Shown: piece after piece, positions 26,788-36,851 of the stretch
Layout: every line of letters starts with the position of its first letter
How positions within the stretch are numbered: position 1 is the stretch's first letter
Source of the DNA: a virus
Direction: 5' to 3' (one strand)
Virus record (IMG/VR): IMGVR_UViG_3300042691_005581
Span: 13,360-77,359 of that record
Length of the DNA stretch: 64,000 nt
Translations under genes and position numbers: made by a program
Notes under the pieces: generated by a model
The model's database searches: none
Told to the model about the DNA's origin: nothing
The model's input: the letters and a program-made list of their open reading frames with translations, nothing else

Positions 26788-28938
26788 TTATTTATTTTCT
26801 AAACGTTTAATAAGATTTTCCATTTGCGATTCTATAGATTCATTTAATGGTAAAAATTTTGATTCGTTTAATGATACAATGGGTACTCTCTTAATCATAA
26901 ACTTCTCAAGTAGATCAAAGTATTCATATCTTTTGTGTTCTGCAACAATTCTTTTATCCGGAGAAACTCCGCTAGATCGTTTAAACGCGGTTTTGTCTTT
27001 GTTGATCAATGCTTGTTTTAACTCTTTGTCATGTCTATAGTAAGGTGTTGCAACTTTTGTAACTTTATCAAAATTAAAATATCCGTGCTTACCGTCATGC
27101 CCGTTATTTTTAAGTATTTCTTTAAAAATGTGATCATGTCTTGTGCAAACTACTAGTTCTATATCTCCGTATTTCTTATAAGCCTTAACAGCCAACGCTA
27201 ACCAATCATCTACTATTTCTAAATGTTCTTTTACCCTAGGCATAGCAGTTTCAAGACATACTAATTTAACTTCGTGCGGTAGTGGATTCTTAGGATCTTT
27301 TTTGACTTTGTTAGTGCCAACCATCCAGTATTTTGTTTTTGCAGCAACTTTCCATCCATCTATACTGTCCTTATCAGGAGGATTGTATTTGTCGAATACA
27401 ATAGATACTTTTGGATCTACACTTTCCGATATAGGCTGCACTGCTGTTGGTAATCCAGGCTTAGGTGCAGAGTTAGTTTTTGCTGATGGTAAAAACTTTT
27501 TAATAGATTTTTTAGTTAATGGTCCGAGATAGCCATCGATGTCTAAATTAGCACCAAATTTATCGTTCAACATCTGTTGAATTTGTCGAACTATAGGATC
27601 GTTGGGTTTGTTGCGTTCTTCTACTTTATCGTGTATCTCAGGCTGTTCATGACCCCCACCGATCTCTTTATATCGCATTTTCAATCTATCTAATTTCTGC
27701 TTCAGCCCTATTAGTTCTTTCTTATCGTATGGAATTATTACCATATCACTGTCACCTTGACCGTACTCATGTGGATCATCGGTGCCTAGTGTAGGATAAT
27801 GCTGTCCTAACTTGTACCAATCTAAATCACCCGGGGTATCAATGACTAATGAATTCTTAGGAGTTGTCAGTAGATCTTTCTGATATCCTTTTGGATCTGG
27901 CTCTACTGCTCTGCCTTCTGCTATCTTTTTTTCATCGTTAGCAAACTGCTTCTTAGTTGCCTTAATAATACCTGAAAATCGTTTATTACCTCGAGCATAG
28001 TCGCCTTCTGCATCTGCCTTCCTGGCATCGGCCCCTGCTGCTTTTTTATATCTTGCTAGTGTATCGTTAGACAACTCTGCAAGGTTAAATGCTTTTAGAT
28101 TTTTTTCTACTTGTCCTGGTCGTACATCTTTAGTCAGGCTTGTGCTATAACGAGGATCCTTTGCTTGCTTTTTACTGGCAATAACACCAACACCGGCAGC
28201 CTCTTCACCTACGGCAGATTTCTTGCCTTTACTTGCAGGCACAGCAGCCATACGTTGTTTAGCTTTAAGCATGAGGTCTTTAACTTCCTCATCACTTAAA
28301 TTATCAGGCATATCTCTACGCCATACTGCAAATTGTTCTTCTTCACTCTTGCTAGGATCTAGCAACACTTGGCGCATCGGAGTAGCTCTAGGACCTTCTT
28401 GATATTCCGGCCCACCCTTTACACTGCTAGGTTCTGTTGTATCTTGTCTAGAAATAATTTCTAAATCTGTTAATCCTGCTCGCTGATATGGAGGAACACC
28501 GGACTTATCAGGTCTAGTTAAAAAGCTAAAAGATGCCTTTTCTTGTTCTCCTACAATTAGGATAACCTTACTAAACCCTTCTCCAGCAATTTTAGCCAAC
28601 ACTTTATCTAATGTACTAGCATCTGGAGTGGCCACACTAAACACTTCTGCATTTTGAGGAAATACCTTACGATATGTTGCTAGTTTTTCTTCGGGCGATA
28701 ACGGATCATCTTTAGTCTTTGTAAATGTAGGTTTGTCGGTCCATGGTTGACCTGTTGCAGGATCTACAAGACTAGTCCTTGATACTACAAAAAACGGTTT
28801 AGCATTTTGTTGTTGTGCATGGTGTATGACAGCCTTAGCTAATAACATATGACCTTTATGTCCCATCCCACGGCCCCATCCTAACACTGCGGTTTTACCG
28901 TTGACTGATATTTCTTCAAATAAATTCTTTAATAGCAT
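26788..28938 (-). CDS. Multidomain protein: HIGH-type nucleotidyltransferase, head-protein modules and PG-binding-like domain
   Basis: GWGRGMGHKGH, DPLSPEEK, ATPMR; QIQQML..KFG..LDIDG.LGPLT..SI; start reassigned to MLLKNLFEE. Confidence 0.65.
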   Translation of the reverse strand: MLLKNLFEEISVNGKTAVLGWGRGMGHKGHMLLAKAVIHHAQQQNAKPFFVVSRTSLVDPATGQPWTDKPTFTKTKDDPLSPEEKLATYRKVFPQNAEVFSVATPDASTLDKVLAKIAGEGFSKVILIVGEQEKASFSFLTRPDKSGVPPYQRAGLTDLEIISRQDTTEPSSVKGGPEYQEGPRATPMRQVLLDPSKSEEEQFAVWRRDMPDNLSDEEVKDLMLKAKQRMAAVPASKGKKSAVGEEAAGVGVIASKKQAKDPRYSTSLTKDVRPGQVEKNLKAFNLAELSNDTLARYKKAAGADARKADAEGDYARGNKRFSGIIKATKKQFANDEKKIAEGRAVEPDPKGYQKDLLTTPKNSLVIDTPGDLDWYKLGQHYPTLGTDDPHEYGQGDSDMVIIPYDKKELIGLKQKLDRLKMRYKEIGGGHEQPEIHDKVEERNKPNDPIVRQIQQMLNDKFGANLDIDGYLGPLTKKSIKKFLPSAKTNSAPKPGLPTAVQPISESVDPKVSIVFDKYNPPDKDSIDGWKVAAKTKYWMVGTNKVKKDPKNPLPHEVKLVCLETAMPRVKEHLEIVDDWLALAVKAYKKYGDIELVVCTRHDHIFKEILKNNGHDGKHGYFNFDKVTKVATPYYRHDKELKQALINKDKTAFKRSSGVSPDKRIVAEHKRYEYFDLLEKFMIKRVPIVSLNESKFLPLNESIESQMENLIKRLENK

Positions 28939-28939
28939 G

Positions 28940-30076
28940 TTAGTCTTTCCTCGGTGCCCATGTTCCTTGATCAATTGCTTTTACAAATTGACCTGGCAAA
29001 TCTTTCTTAAACTGCCCACCTGGATGTGCTTGCACATAACCTTCAGGTTTTGTTTGTCTAATACCACCGTGCGTTCCTGCACTTAATCGTTTAATCAGGT
29101 CACTCTTAGCTAAACTTAATTTTTCTACAGAAGTTAATATAGTGTCTAATGCAGGGTCGTTGATAATCTTAGCTGCTTGCCCGCTAGATAAATTTTGTGC
29201 TGCCCAATCTTTAAACTTTTCTTTAACTCCTGCAACTCTTAAGTTCTGATTAAAAAATTTGTAGAGAACATCGCCCGGCTTACTTAATCCTGGTTTAGGA
29301 GATAGAAAGTTATCAATTGCAGCAGCATTAGTTTCTATGTATCCTTGTGCGTCGTCGATCAATCGATCATCGATTCCTGGTGCTTCACTTACGTGTGTAG
29401 TTCCCTGCACAATAACATCCGGAGTGCTGAGACTTTCAGCATTAGGGTATCGACCTTCTTCACTACTGCCTAGTGTATCATAATAGCCTGTAACAGCTAC
29501 CATTACTTTGGCCTTTGATATCTGTGTTCCTAATTCTGATTTTCTAGGTATGTGAAAACTAGTAATGTTTGGAGTGAAATCGTATTCACCTGTCTTTGGG
29601 TTTAATACTGCGGGTTTACTAGGATAAAATAATAATCCGCCTTCTACATATCCCTTACGAGGACTTACTTTTTCAAAATAGGGCCATAAATCCATCAGTT
29701 CCTGAGCATACGCTGTTCTTTGTGCAGCTTGCTCATCACTACCTGGTTTACCTGTGCCTAAGATAAAGTTTTTAATATCTTCGGGACTATACATAACAGT
29801 CTTAACGCCGTTGTCTAATTCTGTTTTGCCTCGCTTGAGATATTCCCATGCATTCTTTGGAAACATACTGAATCGGCCCTGCTGATCTCGCCCCCAGTAT
29901 ACAACTGGACTTCCGTCCCATTTTAATTCAATAGTTCCGCCCTGTCCGGCCATACTTCGTAACCTCTCAGCGGCATGAACACCACCGTCACTACCATTAG
30001 TAAACACCAAGTCTTCGATATGCTGATACTTTCGACCTACTGCGGCTGCTTCTGATAATAGTTCACGTATTTTCAT
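28940..30076 (-). CDS. ATP-dependent ligase-fold nucleotidyltransferase (KxDG)
   Basis: HIEDL, ELKWDGSP, EGG.LF, FTPN, EGYV, VKAID; MKIRELLSE start. Confidence 0.65.
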   Translation of the reverse strand: MKIRELLSEAAAVGRKYQHIEDLVFTNGSDGGVHAAERLRSMAGQGGTIELKWDGSPVVYWGRDQQGRFSMFPKNAWEYLKRGKTELDNGVKTVMYSPEDIKNFILGTGKPGSDEQAAQRTAYAQELMDLWPYFEKVSPRKGYVEGGLLFYPSKPAVLNPKTGEYDFTPNITSFHIPRKSELGTQISKAKVMVAVTGYYDTLGSSEEGRYPNAESLSTPDVIVQGTTHVSEAPGIDDRLIDDAQGYIETNAAAIDNFLSPKPGLSKPGDVLYKFFNQNLRVAGVKEKFKDWAAQNLSSGQAAKIINDPALDTILTSVEKLSLAKSDLIKRLSAGTHGGIRQTKPEGYVQAHPGGQFKKDLPGQFVKAIDQGTWAPRKD

Positions 30077-30948
30077 TTAACTTGATCCATCATTTGTCTA
30101 AACCATTCACGTGAACCGGGTGTGTAACTTTCTTTTAGTCTATACTGAGTTTTATATTTTACTAAACCGTCGTTGACTTTGGCAACAACATCATTGTACT
30201 TGTCGGGATGTGATTGTTTGAACTTAGCTAATATTGCATTGATGTTGTCTAGATCAGATGCGCTTGCTTTACCGCCAAACAATGCTTTACTGATAGCATC
30301 TGGATCTTGCGGATTGCTATCCGGTATAACTGCTCCACCTGTACTTCTGCTTACCAATCCTGCTTTGTAACTCCACATCCAATCTGGATTGATAGCCTTT
30401 GCAATTTCAGTTTTTAGAATGTGTCTATACGCACCTTTGGCTCTTGCATCTTTAGGCATACCGGGTTCGTTTGGTTCTCCGCGCTTACTCCACTGAGTAA
30501 ATTTGCCCTTACCTGGTTCCGCAATATCTAAATCAATTTGGAACCATTCTTCGCCGCCGGGTATTTGCACACATGCAGTTAGACCGTCACCGGATATTTT
30601 ATAATATTTGTTAGGTTGCGATACAAATGATTTTTTAGGTAACTCTTGATAACCTGCTTTTTGTAATTTTTGTGCTAGCCATGCACGTAATTGATTTTGT
30701 ACTTCTTTGGGATCTTGTACTCTATTATCAACTTTGAGATAATCAGTGGGATCCAATATAGTATCACCATCTCCAGTTTCTGCATTAGGATATATTGCAG
30801 ATCCTGCAAGATGCTTCATAAGATCTATTCCTAATTCTCTGCCCAACGCTTGAACAGCAGATTGTACATCATCAGTAGATGCATTTTGTTTAGTAGCATT
30901 AGTACCATCTTGGTACTTAAATTCGTTGCCGCCTTCTAACAGTATCAT
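30073..30948 (-). CDS. Pol-beta superfamily nucleotidyltransferase-like protein
   Basis: LAGS......TGDGD (GS..DxD), FQIDL third Asp, KGAYRHIL; MILLEGG start. Confidence 0.6.
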   Translation of the reverse strand: MILLEGGNEFKYQDGTNATKQNASTDDVQSAVQALGRELGIDLMKHLAGSAIYPNAETGDGDTILDPTDYLKVDNRVQDPKEVQNQLRAWLAQKLQKAGYQELPKKSFVSQPNKYYKISGDGLTACVQIPGGEEWFQIDLDIAEPGKGKFTQWSKRGEPNEPGMPKDARAKGAYRHILKTEIAKAINPDWMWSYKAGLVSRSTGGAVIPDSNPQDPDAISKALFGGKASASDLDNINAILAKFKQSHPDKYNDVVAKVNDGLVKYKTQYRLKESYTPGSREWFRQMMDQVK

Positions 30949-31340
30949 ACCTTGTATTCCCCTACTTGATAGATGTTTTCTTGAAATTCTTCTATAAATT
31001 TGTCAGAAATTTGCTGGCACAGACCGTCTTTTAATTCTTGATCAAATAACGATTTGGGATTATCTTTTAATTTTTCTTTTTTATGATATAAACTGCATCC
31101 TTTGGCTACCATAGGTGCCCACATTTTAGAAAATCTTTCTTTGTTAAAATCTGCAGATGTTATAGTATCTTTTAATTGCGCCACAAAAGGAAGAACAAAT
31201 TCTTTGTGTAATGCATCATTGTCTAATATAAACCAAAATACTTCGTCTGAAAGTTTTTGTTTATCAATATTAGACGTGCCTATTTTCTTAGGTTTGTTGT
31301 TTTTGTCTATAGGTACGTTAAAAAATTCAAATAGTTTCAT
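30945..31340 (-). CDS. Putative internal head protein
   Basis: MKLFEFF N-terminus. Confidence 0.55.
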   Translation of the reverse strand: MKLFEFFNVPIDKNNKPKKIGTSNIDKQKLSDEVFWFILDNDALHKEFVLPFVAQLKDTITSADFNKERFSKMWAPMVAKGCSLYHKKEKLKDNPKSLFDQELKDGLCQQISDKFIEEFQENIYQVGEYKV

Positions 31341-31355
31341 AGTATTACCAGGCGT

Positions 31356-31436
31356 TTATGACAAATATTTTGCCTTCAAATCCAATGTAACTCTGTAATA
31401 AATGTTTTTGTTATTCAACAGATCGTGGATCTTCAT
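31356..31436 (-). pseudogene. 26-codon ORF/remnant with capsid-targeting-type start (MKIHDLLNNKNIYYRVTLDLKAKYLS)
   Basis: Preceded by TAAATA (31456-31461) and GGAGAG RBS; not in ORF track. Confidence 0.45.
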
Positions 31437-31483
31437 AAAAATACTCTCCATGGAGTATTTATGTAGTTTTAATCAATTGATAA

Positions 31484-31903
31484 TTATCGGTTATAGTTGA
31501 TAACCAGCACTACACCGTTTTGACCTATAGTAGGTCTTTCAACAACAGCTCTAACCCATACAAAATTCCCCGTAAAATTTGCATAGCTGTTTATTGGTGT
31601 AGAAAGCAATTGTGAATAAGTGGCTGTAGTATTGACTATATTAAACCAATCTTCACTGGTGGGTGTTGTTGCAAGACTGCCCTGCATATAAATTGAACCG
31701 GAAAAATTTTGGTCCACTGAATAGGTAACAGTATGAATGCCGTCTCCACTTCCGAAATATCCATCGCCCTTTTGTGGCAGACTGAGAAATACACCAGACG
31801 GAATAGGTCCAGTATTGGCAGTAGCGGTACTGGGAATTGAAACACTGGTGCTAACAGTACCAGTGTTGATCACAAATAGAAATTGTTGGCTTAGATTGGG
31901 CAT
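31484..31903 (-). CDS. Hypothetical beta-rich protein, possibly structural
   Basis: KGDGYFG..DG.HTV, NFTGNFVWVRA. Confidence 0.6.
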   Translation of the reverse strand: MPNLSQQFLFVINTGTVSTSVSIPSTATANTGPIPSGVFLSLPQKGDGYFGSGDGIHTVTYSVDQNFSGSIYMQGSLATTPTSEDWFNIVNTTATYSQLLSTPINSYANFTGNFVWVRAVVERPTIGQNGVVLVINYNR

Positions 31904-32574
31904 GAAGTATTTATCTTAGATCTAGGAATAAATTCTTCTACTTTGCTAACATTGTTGCCTAAATATAAACCGCACATGCTAAGACTATGCTGATCTTTTG
32001 CATAAAAAAACGGATCTTGAATCCAATGTTTTTCGTGTTTTAACCATTTACTTGTATTATTTGCAATATCGTACCGGTCTCCGTACCTTAACAACCATTC
32101 TAAAAATCTCACACGATTGTCTATACTCATCTTGGTTTTAAGATAAACTTTGTATTGATACTGCCCTTTGGGTAACTGATTACAAATTACTTTCTTGTTA
32201 TGACTAACTAGAAATTCTAATTCTTCTGTACTACTAGGCTCAGTAACAATAGTCACCCATTTTTTCATAGACTTAATGATCTTTTCAGAAAGTGCAGCAT
32301 CTTTAACAAATATATTGAAGTGAGAACCTTCTCCTCTTACTCGAATTTCTTGATTTTCATAAGGTTGAAAAGCTAATGCAAATTCACCAATGTCAGATTT
32401 GTTAGCATCTCGCCAATACCAAGCGTTCCAACTTTTGTTAGATTTGTCATCAGCCCATGCAAGAGTTTCGTTAACTCCTACTCTTGCAATGGACCCAGAC
32501 TTTTTAAGAACACATTCTATTTTAATAGGCCATTTATTGTAAAATAGCTTACGTGTTTTCTGTCGCTGCATCAT
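31891..32574 (-). CDS. Hypothetical protein
   Basis: 227-aa ORF overlapping clpA end. Confidence 0.6.
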   Translation of the reverse strand: MMQRQKTRKLFYNKWPIKIECVLKKSGSIARVGVNETLAWADDKSNKSWNAWYWRDANKSDIGEFALAFQPYENQEIRVRGEGSHFNIFVKDAALSEKIIKSMKKWVTIVTEPSSTEELEFLVSHNKKVICNQLPKGQYQYKVYLKTKMSIDNRVRFLEWLLRYGDRYDIANNTSKWLKHEKHWIQDPFFYAKDQHSLSMCGLYLGNNVSKVEEFIPRSKINTSCPI

Positions 32575-34816
32575 TAATCTCTTTGATTGGCAATACTTCT
32601 ATGTAGTTGAGTTTGAGGTTATTATTTTCCACAGTGATCTCAACTACTCCGCCATTGACTAATTTACCAAATAAGATTTCTTTACTGAGAGGTTTCTTAA
32701 TATGTTCGTCAATGGTACGTTGCAACGGGCGAGCACCCATTTTCTTATCAAATCCTTTGGAAATTAAAAATTCAACAGCTTCGACAGATGGTTTAACTGC
32801 AACATTTTTATCTTTGAGAAGGCCGTTAAGTTCATCCACAAATTTCTTAACAATTTTAATCATTGTCTGTTGATCAAGTTTTCCAAATCTAACAATGCCG
32901 TCCAAGCGATTGCGGAACTCAGGAGCAAAGAACTTGTTAACAGCATCTTTAGGATCACCATCACGTTCCAAACTACCAAAACCTACACCATTCTTTTCAG
33001 CATCGGCGGCACCTAAGTTACTGGTCATGATGACAATAGCGTTACGACCGTCAGCTTTTTTACCATTGCTGCCAGTTACAAATCCATTGTCCATTAGCTG
33101 AAGCATCACGGTGAGCACACTAGGATGCGCTTTTTCTACTTCGTCTAACAATAGAACACAGTTAGGATGTTCTTGCAATTTAGTAATAAGTTGTCCAGCA
33201 TTGTCGTCGAATCCCACATATCCTGGAGGACTTCCTAACAATTTTGATACACTGTGCTGTTCTTGATATTCGCTCATATCAAATCTTACAAGCTCAACAC
33301 TTAGTCCTACTGCAAGTTGTTTAGCAACTTCAGTTTTACCTACACCAGTAGGTCCTACAAATAAGAAATTACCAATTGGTCTATTCAAAGATTTTAATCC
33401 TGCCTGTGCAATGAATATCTTATCAAGCAGCATTTCGATAGCATTTTCTTGACCATAAACTTTGCTTCTCAAATTCTTGTCTAAATCTTTTAAATTTTTA
33501 CTTTCTTTTGATGCAATCTGATCTAATGGCAATCCTGTTGCTTTGCTAACTTCGAATAAAATTTCATCGTGGTCAACAATGCCGTTTTCCTCGTCTTTAA
33601 TTTTAAAACGAGCACTTGCACAATCAATAAGATCGATTGCTTTGTCGGGCAATTTTTTATCAGTCATGTATTTGACACTGTATTTTACAGCATCTACTAC
33701 AGCCTGCTTGGTGATTTTAACACCGTGATGTTTTTCGTAATATTTCTTTAGACCCATTAGGATTTTAATGGAAGTAGCTTCGTCTGGTTCTCCTATAACC
33801 ACACGTTGGAATCGACGCATCAATGCGCGATCTTTTTCAAAGTGTTTGCGGAATTCTTCCCAGGTAGTTGATGCAATAACTTTAATAGTGCCCTTGCCTA
33901 ACGCTGGCTTCAACATGTTACTCATGTCATTACTGCCGCCACCTACTGCACCTGCACCACTCATCATATGAGCTTCATCGATGAATAAGATACAATTCTT
34001 TTTCTTTTCAAGAGCACTAACAACCATTTTTAGTCGCTCTTCAAAGTCTCCTCGATATTTACTACCGGCTAGCATAGCACTGATATCGAGATTGTAAACT
34101 GTATGCCCTTGAATAAATTTAGGCACATTGCCTTCTTCAATTTTTCTAGCAATGCCTTCGGCGATAGCAGTTTTACCTACGCCCGGATCACCGATCAACA
34201 TAACATTCGATTTGGTACGGCGAGCCAATACCAATGAGATATCTTCAATTTCTTTTTCACGCCCAATAACTGGATCAATTTTCTTTGCCTTAACTTTTGC
34301 ATTCAAGTTAGTGCAATATTGAACAATAATTTTCTCCAACTGTCGATTGACTACTTCGTCGGACTCTGCTTCGTCGATTGTATTTTCTTCTTTCGACAAG
34401 AAGTCTAAAAATTTATCTCTATCAATTTTGTGTTTTCTCAGGAAGTAAAATGCATAACTCTTTTTTTCACTAAACATACTGACAAAACAGTCTAACGGTT
34501 CAATCTTTGTACGTCCACTAAACAGCACCTGTGTAAATGCTCTGTTTAGCATACGCTCCATTGCGTGAGTTTTTTTAGGTTTATCTTCGAGATCTGGATT
34601 AATAATGTCGAGTAACTCGGTATCAATAAATTGCTTAACTTCTTTTTTTAGTGTCGACAAGTCGGTACCAAAGCTCTTTAAAATTTCTGAGAATTTTTCA
34701 TCGTCCAACAAACTGTGAAGAAAGTGCTCTAGCGTTAAGTATTCGTGATTTCGATCGGCAGCAGCCAACACAGCTTTTTCAAAAATAGCAGCTAGGCTCT
34801 TATCTGGTTCCAACAT
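32549..34816 (-). CDS. clpA: ClpA-type Hsp100 AAA+ chaperone
   Basis: Clp N-domain EHFL, DPVIGRE, GDPGVGKT, KYRGDFEERL, GPTGVGKT, DMSEY, GSPPGYVG, GARP; no ClpB M-domain. Confidence 0.93.
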   Translation of the reverse strand: MLEPDKSLAAIFEKAVLAAADRNHEYLTLEHFLHSLLDDEKFSEILKSFGTDLSTLKKEVKQFIDTELLDIINPDLEDKPKKTHAMERMLNRAFTQVLFSGRTKIEPLDCFVSMFSEKKSYAFYFLRKHKIDRDKFLDFLSKEENTIDEAESDEVVNRQLEKIIVQYCTNLNAKVKAKKIDPVIGREKEIEDISLVLARRTKSNVMLIGDPGVGKTAIAEGIARKIEEGNVPKFIQGHTVYNLDISAMLAGSKYRGDFEERLKMVVSALEKKKNCILFIDEAHMMSGAGAVGGGSNDMSNMLKPALGKGTIKVIASTTWEEFRKHFEKDRALMRRFQRVVIGEPDEATSIKILMGLKKYYEKHHGVKITKQAVVDAVKYSVKYMTDKKLPDKAIDLIDCASARFKIKDEENGIVDHDEILFEVSKATGLPLDQIASKESKNLKDLDKNLRSKVYGQENAIEMLLDKIFIAQAGLKSLNRPIGNFLFVGPTGVGKTEVAKQLAVGLSVELVRFDMSEYQEQHSVSKLLGSPPGYVGFDDNAGQLITKLQEHPNCVLLLDEVEKAHPSVLTVMLQLMDNGFVTGSNGKKADGRNAIVIMTSNLGAADAEKNGVGFGSLERDGDPKDAVNKFFAPEFRNRLDGIVRFGKLDQQTMIKIVKKFVDELNGLLKDKNVAVKPSVEAVEFLISKGFDKKMGARPLQRTIDEHIKKPLSKEILFGKLVNGGVVEITVENNNLKLNYIEVLPIKEINDAATENT

Positions 34817-35307
34817 TAAAATTTCCTTTTTAGTTTATTTGACTTTTTGACGGCCAGGGCCCATTTTAACGGACTTGTTCTATCTTGATAAACTATTCCT
34901 TCTAAATGATCTAATTCGTGTAGAAAGCATCTAGCAGTAAGTCCGTCAAATTCGGCACGTTCCCATTCTCCACTACTGTTTTGCCATCTTGCACTAACAG
35001 TAGTAGGTCTCTTAATTTTAGCATAGATTCCAGGAAAACTCAAGCATCCTTCTTCATCTTCTGTAAAATTTTTAGCCTCTTCAACAACGGGATTAAAAAT
35101 TCCTATAGCATGACCTGCTTTACCCATAACAAACATTCTGGCTTTTACGCCGACTTGGTTGGCAGATAATCCAATTCCGTTGTTATTGACCATAACATCG
35201 ATCATGTCTTGCTCTAATTGTTTTGGATCCACTACAGGATTGCCGAAATCAAATTCTGGCATTTGTTCTCTAAGGATAGTATTGGGAAATTTTGTAATAG
35301 ATAACAT
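34816..35307 (-). CDS. def: Peptide deformylase
   Basis: GIGLSANQ, EGCLS, HELDHLEG. Confidence 0.96.
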   Translation of the reverse strand: MLSITKFPNTILREQMPEFDFGNPVVDPKQLEQDMIDVMVNNNGIGLSANQVGVKARMFVMGKAGHAIGIFNPVVEEAKNFTEDEEGCLSFPGIYAKIKRPTTVSARWQNSSGEWERAEFDGLTARCFLHELDHLEGIVYQDRTSPLKWALAVKKSNKLKRKF

Positions 35308-35310
35308 AGT

Positions 35311-36138
35311 TTAATTTTGATTAAAATTTAATAAAATATTTTTTTGATGTTCTGTAAGATTTGTTGGAATTGAAATTTTTATAGGCATTAACATTCTTCC
35401 ACGAAATCGTTGATCGTGTATGTTAGGCATACCGTAGCCTACAGCACTTAAAATTTGATCATGCTGGATGCCTGGCGGGATGTTTACTTCTAAACTTTTC
35501 CCGTCAATAGATGCTATTGTTTTTTTGCAACCTAGCATAGCATCGACACAACTTAGTGTTATTTCTTTTATAAGATCATCACCTTGTCTGCCAAATTCTG
35601 GGTGAGGTTTAATGGAAACTGTGACGTTTAAATCTCCTCTTTGTGAGTTTGGAATTGTATCGTCGCCGAGACCTGCTAACCTAAGAGTGGTACCATCATT
35701 AATTCCTGCTGGTATTTTTACGTTAACAGTTTGAGGCCTGCCACTAGGTAGAGAAATATTAAACATCATTTCTTTGCCATAGAATGCATCTTCTAACGAC
35801 ACTTCTATATGCATGTTCAAAGTTTTATTTCTCTGTTGTCTATTATGGGAAAATGGATCAAACGGATTCCTGCCCCCAAAAAATTGTCCAAATATATCGT
35901 TCATATCTACTGGACCGTGTCCGCTATGAAAAAACGACTCTGTTTGGGGATGATCGTATTGATTCTTTTTTTGAGGATCACTGAGGGTATCGTATGCTAG
36001 CTGAACTTCTTTGAACTTTTCTGCATCCCCGCCTCGATCAGGATGATGTTTTGCAGCCAATTTTCGATATGCTTGTTTTACCTCTTCGGGCGATGCGTTT
36101 CTTTGAACGCCGAGGGTTTGATAATGATCTGTATTCAT
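35311..36138 (-). CDS. dnaJ: DnaJ/CbpA-type co-chaperone (no Zn finger)
   Basis: J-domain HPD, G/F-rich linker, C-terminal domain. Confidence 0.93.
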   Translation of the reverse strand: MNTDHYQTLGVQRNASPEEVKQAYRKLAAKHHPDRGGDAEKFKEVQLAYDTLSDPQKKNQYDHPQTESFFHSGHGPVDMNDIFGQFFGGRNPFDPFSHNRQQRNKTLNMHIEVSLEDAFYGKEMMFNISLPSGRPQTVNVKIPAGINDGTTLRLAGLGDDTIPNSQRGDLNVTVSIKPHPEFGRQGDDLIKEITLSCVDAMLGCKKTIASIDGKSLEVNIPPGIQHDQILSAVGYGMPNIHDQRFRGRMLMPIKISIPTNLTEHQKNILLNFNQN

Positions 36139-36143
36139 AAATT

Positions 36144-36180
36144 AAAAAAAGGTATAGTACTTATATAATACTATACCTTT
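36144..36180 (-). terminator. Hairpin terminator after lysis-region transcript
   Basis: AAAGGTATAGTA/TACTATACCTTT inverted repeat followed by T-run on minus strand. Confidence 0.65.
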
Positions 36181-36198
36181 CGGATACTTGTCAAGAAT

Positions 36199-36429
36199 TT
36201 ATTTCTTTTCTGGAACTTTATCACCTTCTACTTTTTTACGGACTTTAATTTTCTTACACTCTTGCACAGGTTTACCGTCTTTGCCGTTTACTACTTTACC
36301 AGCTTTGTCTTTCTTGTCTGTGCATACTTCTTTCATTTCCCCTTTTCCTGGGCCTTCTTTATCATCGGCAGCATATACATTACCCATAAGTGCTAATGCA
36401 AGTCCTGCTACAAAAATAATATTCTTCAT
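36199..36429 (-). CDS. Small secreted/periplasmic protein
   Basis: Signal peptide ending VYA-A; one Cys pair; Lys-rich. Confidence 0.7.
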   Translation of the reverse strand: MKNIIFVAGLALALMGNVYAADDKEGPGKGEMKEVCTDKKDKAGKVVNGKDGKPVQECKKIKVRKKVEGDKVPEKK

Positions 36430-36440
36430 TTTAATTTCCT

Positions 36441-36845
36441 TTAAATTAATGGTTGCGATTCTTGTGGTACTATTAATTTACCACTTGTGGTTGTTGCATA
36501 CGGAGATGCACTGGTACTGCCTGTCGAAGGTACGCCAAATGTTGGAGACCTGCTAGATAGTATGTCGGTTGTTGAGTTGCCATTTATAACTCCTCCTAAT
36601 TTTTCCTGTCCTCTGCTCCATGCAGTAACTCCCACTATAGCACCCATTGCCATATGAAATAGTCCTGCGCCTTGTAGCGTTAGGGGTTGCCATTGAGATG
36701 TTACACTGCCATGGTTTACTGCTTGTAACATACTCCATAAAATTGGAAATATGATAAAATCAGTTACGCACACTAACATATACATCCATCCCATAGCTGG
36801 ACGCCATTTACTATTCATCCAATTTTCTTTGCTATGGGTTGTCAT
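36441..36845 (-). CDS. Holin-like membrane protein
   Basis: WRPAMGW.Y, two TM segments, RGQEK; in lysis cassette. Confidence 0.6.
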   Translation of the reverse strand: MTTHSKENWMNSKWRPAMGWMYMLVCVTDFIIFPILWSMLQAVNHGSVTSQWQPLTLQGAGLFHMAMGAIVGVTAWSRGQEKLGGVINGNSTTDILSSRSPTFGVPSTGSTSASPYATTTSGKLIVPQESQPLI

Positions 36846-36851
36846 AATATA

